34,528 nucleotides of DNA from Pseudomonadales bacterium. Its GTDB lineage: Bacteria; Pseudomonadota; Gammaproteobacteria; Pseudomonadales; DC-out160. Under the pieces are notes generated by a model, which saw only the letters and a program-made list of their open reading frames with translations, made no database searches and was not told the DNA's origin. The position numbers and the translations under genes were made by a program. Location: positions 1-34,528 of the forward strand of contig JAESQG010000566.1 of the NCBI GenBank assembly GCA_016765265.1, written 5' to 3'. Positions 32,974 through 34,528 of this stretch are shown in pieces (within the stretch, counting starts at the first letter, position 1; each line of letters opens with the position of its first letter).

Positions 32974-34476
32974 CTAGGCATCAACTTTAAAAGTAGCCGA
33001 TTTTACCTCTTCTCCAGTAAAATAATTCAATATTGATGGTGCATAACCATCTTTTGGTCTTGGTCGAAACACACCACCCTTAAACCCCAATTTAGCTTTA
33101 TTATTCCATGGTCGTTTTTCCCAACAGGGACCCCGCATCGGATCACGCTGTTTATAAAAATAATCAATTAATTCATCAAGCATAGCATCTCGTATATCAG
33201 AAAAATTTTCATCAAGAATAAGGTTTATTAATTCAGCTGAATCATTTTTTAAATCGTACAACTCATCCACATCATCAAGCAAATTAATTGATAACTTGTA
33301 ATCACCTTTAACAATACACCTAATAGGATGAAACCCATTCAATCCATCATGATCAACTTCAAAACGATTAAATTCAATAAATACCGATCGCTTTTCTTCT
33401 TCTTTTAATGTGGAGACAAGGCTCTTACCAGCAAAAATATCCGGGATATCAAGGTCGGCTAGCTCCAACATAGTCGGCAAAATATCAACATGACTAACAA
33501 GAGTATTGTTCTCCTGACAAAAGGAACCCCTATCAGGAAATTTAATCAGCAAAGGAATATGAGTAATCTCTTCATACATGACTGGACCTTTACCTTTTAA
33601 TCCATGCGCAGACATCATATCACCATGGTCTGAAGTGAAAATTATAATCGTATTATCTTTTGCATGTTGATCAATCGCCTTTAAAACCCTACCAATTTCA
33701 TTGTCAACAAAACTATTGCAACCAAAATACATTGGTTTCTTAACCTTTTTATTTCGTTCCGATACACCGGCATGTACGGCCCAATCTTTTTGTAATTGCG
33801 GTTTGCCTTCTAAAGAATCAAAGGCACCATCACCAATGTCATACTCAAACTCTTCAAATGATTCCACATATTCTGACGGACATGTAAATGGACCATGAGG
33901 CTCATCATAAGAGACCACTAATAAAAAAGGGTCTTCTTGACCATCTTGTTTACTTAGGAAATCAATCGCTCGATTACTAACTTGATGACCCCATGTCCAT
34001 TCGGATTTTATCGAATTCTCTTTTAAATCTGTCAAAGAATTTAATTGTTCTCGCCATAGTTTTTTTTCATTTTGACTTAACAAATTCATATGGTTACGAC
34101 CATCATACCAGTATTCATTATCCCACCCATCCGGACAAATTCCGCTTCCATAATAATCATGAGCGTCCAAGTGCCATTTACCTGTATAGGCTGTTTTATA
34201 GCCACCGTCACGAAAACGCTGACCCATCGTTTTTATATTATCCCCAATTGCTAAATGATTCGCCCAAGCGCCATTAAAATTACCATAATTTCCCGTAAAC
34301 AAAGCGCTTCGGGCTGGTGTACATAATGGACAAGTCGTATATGCCCTATTAAATTTAATGCCATCGGAAGCTAATTTATCCAAATTAGGAGTCATTAACC
34401 CTTTTTTTGCATAGGACTCCACCATGTTAACCCCTTGGGTATCAGTCATAATAAATACAAAATTAGGCTTCTTCAT
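32974..34476 (-). CDS. sulfatase (formylglycine type); no signal peptide
   Basis: PNFVFIMTDTQG, the CTPARSALFTG motif and TSDHGD are present. An AGGA sequence lies upstream of the ATG. Confidence 0.9.
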   Translation of the reverse strand: MKKPNFVFIMTDTQGVNMVESYAKKGLMTPNLDKLASDGIKFNRAYTTCPLCTPARSALFTGNYGNFNGAWANHLAIGDNIKTMGQRFRDGGYKTAYTGKWHLDAHDYYGSGICPDGWDNEYWYDGRNHMNLLSQNEKKLWREQLNSLTDLKENSIKSEWTWGHQVSNRAIDFLSKQDGQEDPFLLVVSYDEPHGPFTCPSEYVESFEEFEYDIGDGAFDSLEGKPQLQKDWAVHAGVSERNKKVKKPMYFGCNSFVDNEIGRVLKAIDQHAKDNTIIIFTSDHGDMMSAHGLKGKGPVMYEEITHIPLLIKFPDRGSFCQENNTLVSHVDILPTMLELADLDIPDIFAGKSLVSTLKEEEKRSVFIEFNRFEVDHDGLNGFHPIRCIVKGDYKLSINLLDDVDELYDLKNDSAELINLILDENFSDIRDAMLDELIDYFYKQRDPMRGPCWEKRPWNNKAKLGFKGGVFRPRPKDGYAPSILNYFTGEEVKSATFKVDA

Positions 34477-34528
34477 TTTTATTTTTCCTACAATAATTGA
34501 ATGACAAATTAAACTTCACATAGAAGAT

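Noticed and set aside
1-34528. Searched by eye for CRISPR arrays, rRNA genes, IS/transposase genes, integrases, toxin-antitoxin pairs, and restriction-modification or other known defence genes
   Set aside because: I saw no regularly spaced direct repeats and none of the characteristic protein motifs in any ORF. Absence is judged by eye only and should be confirmed with dedicated tools.

Overview
The window joins two compositionally different blocks. Positions 1 to about 3094 are visibly G+C-rich and carry a gammaproteobacterial-style Fe-S cluster locus: the cysE 3' end, tandem IscR operators, iscR, an extra NifS/IscS-like cysteine desulfurase, and only the first 94 codons of iscS. At about 3095 the iscS frame loses all homology and the DNA becomes very A+T-rich through to the window end. 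No transposase, integrase or terminal repeat marks the break, so it is either a chimeric join or one edge of a very large insertion. The A+T-rich block (about 31.4 kb) holds four sulfatases without signal peptides and several probable glycan-related enzymes: a PQQ-propeller/malectin giant protein, an Asp-box propeller, an esterase and a metallophosphoesterase. It also holds tRNA-Asn(GTT) and a KAS-ACP-flavoprotein trio. The most interesting content is three paralogous FeeM-type N-acyl amino acid synthase (NAS) domains, each tied to an alternative-sigma regulator. Two NAS genes sit divergently next to atypical sigma-54 enhancer-binding proteins (helical-repeat N-terminus, AAA+ core with GAFTGA, winged-helix C-terminus), and each has a good GG-N10-GC sigma-54 promoter upstream. 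The third NAS is fused to a VAO/PCMH-type flavin oxidase and shares a 39-40 nt promoter motif with the adjacent ECF sigma/anti-sigma operon. I interpret this as a candidate lipo-amino-acid synthase/receptor (autoinduction-like) signalling system embedded in a sulfated-glycan utilisation locus. That interpretation is inference from domain content and cis-elements only. I saw no CRISPR array, IS element or phage genes.
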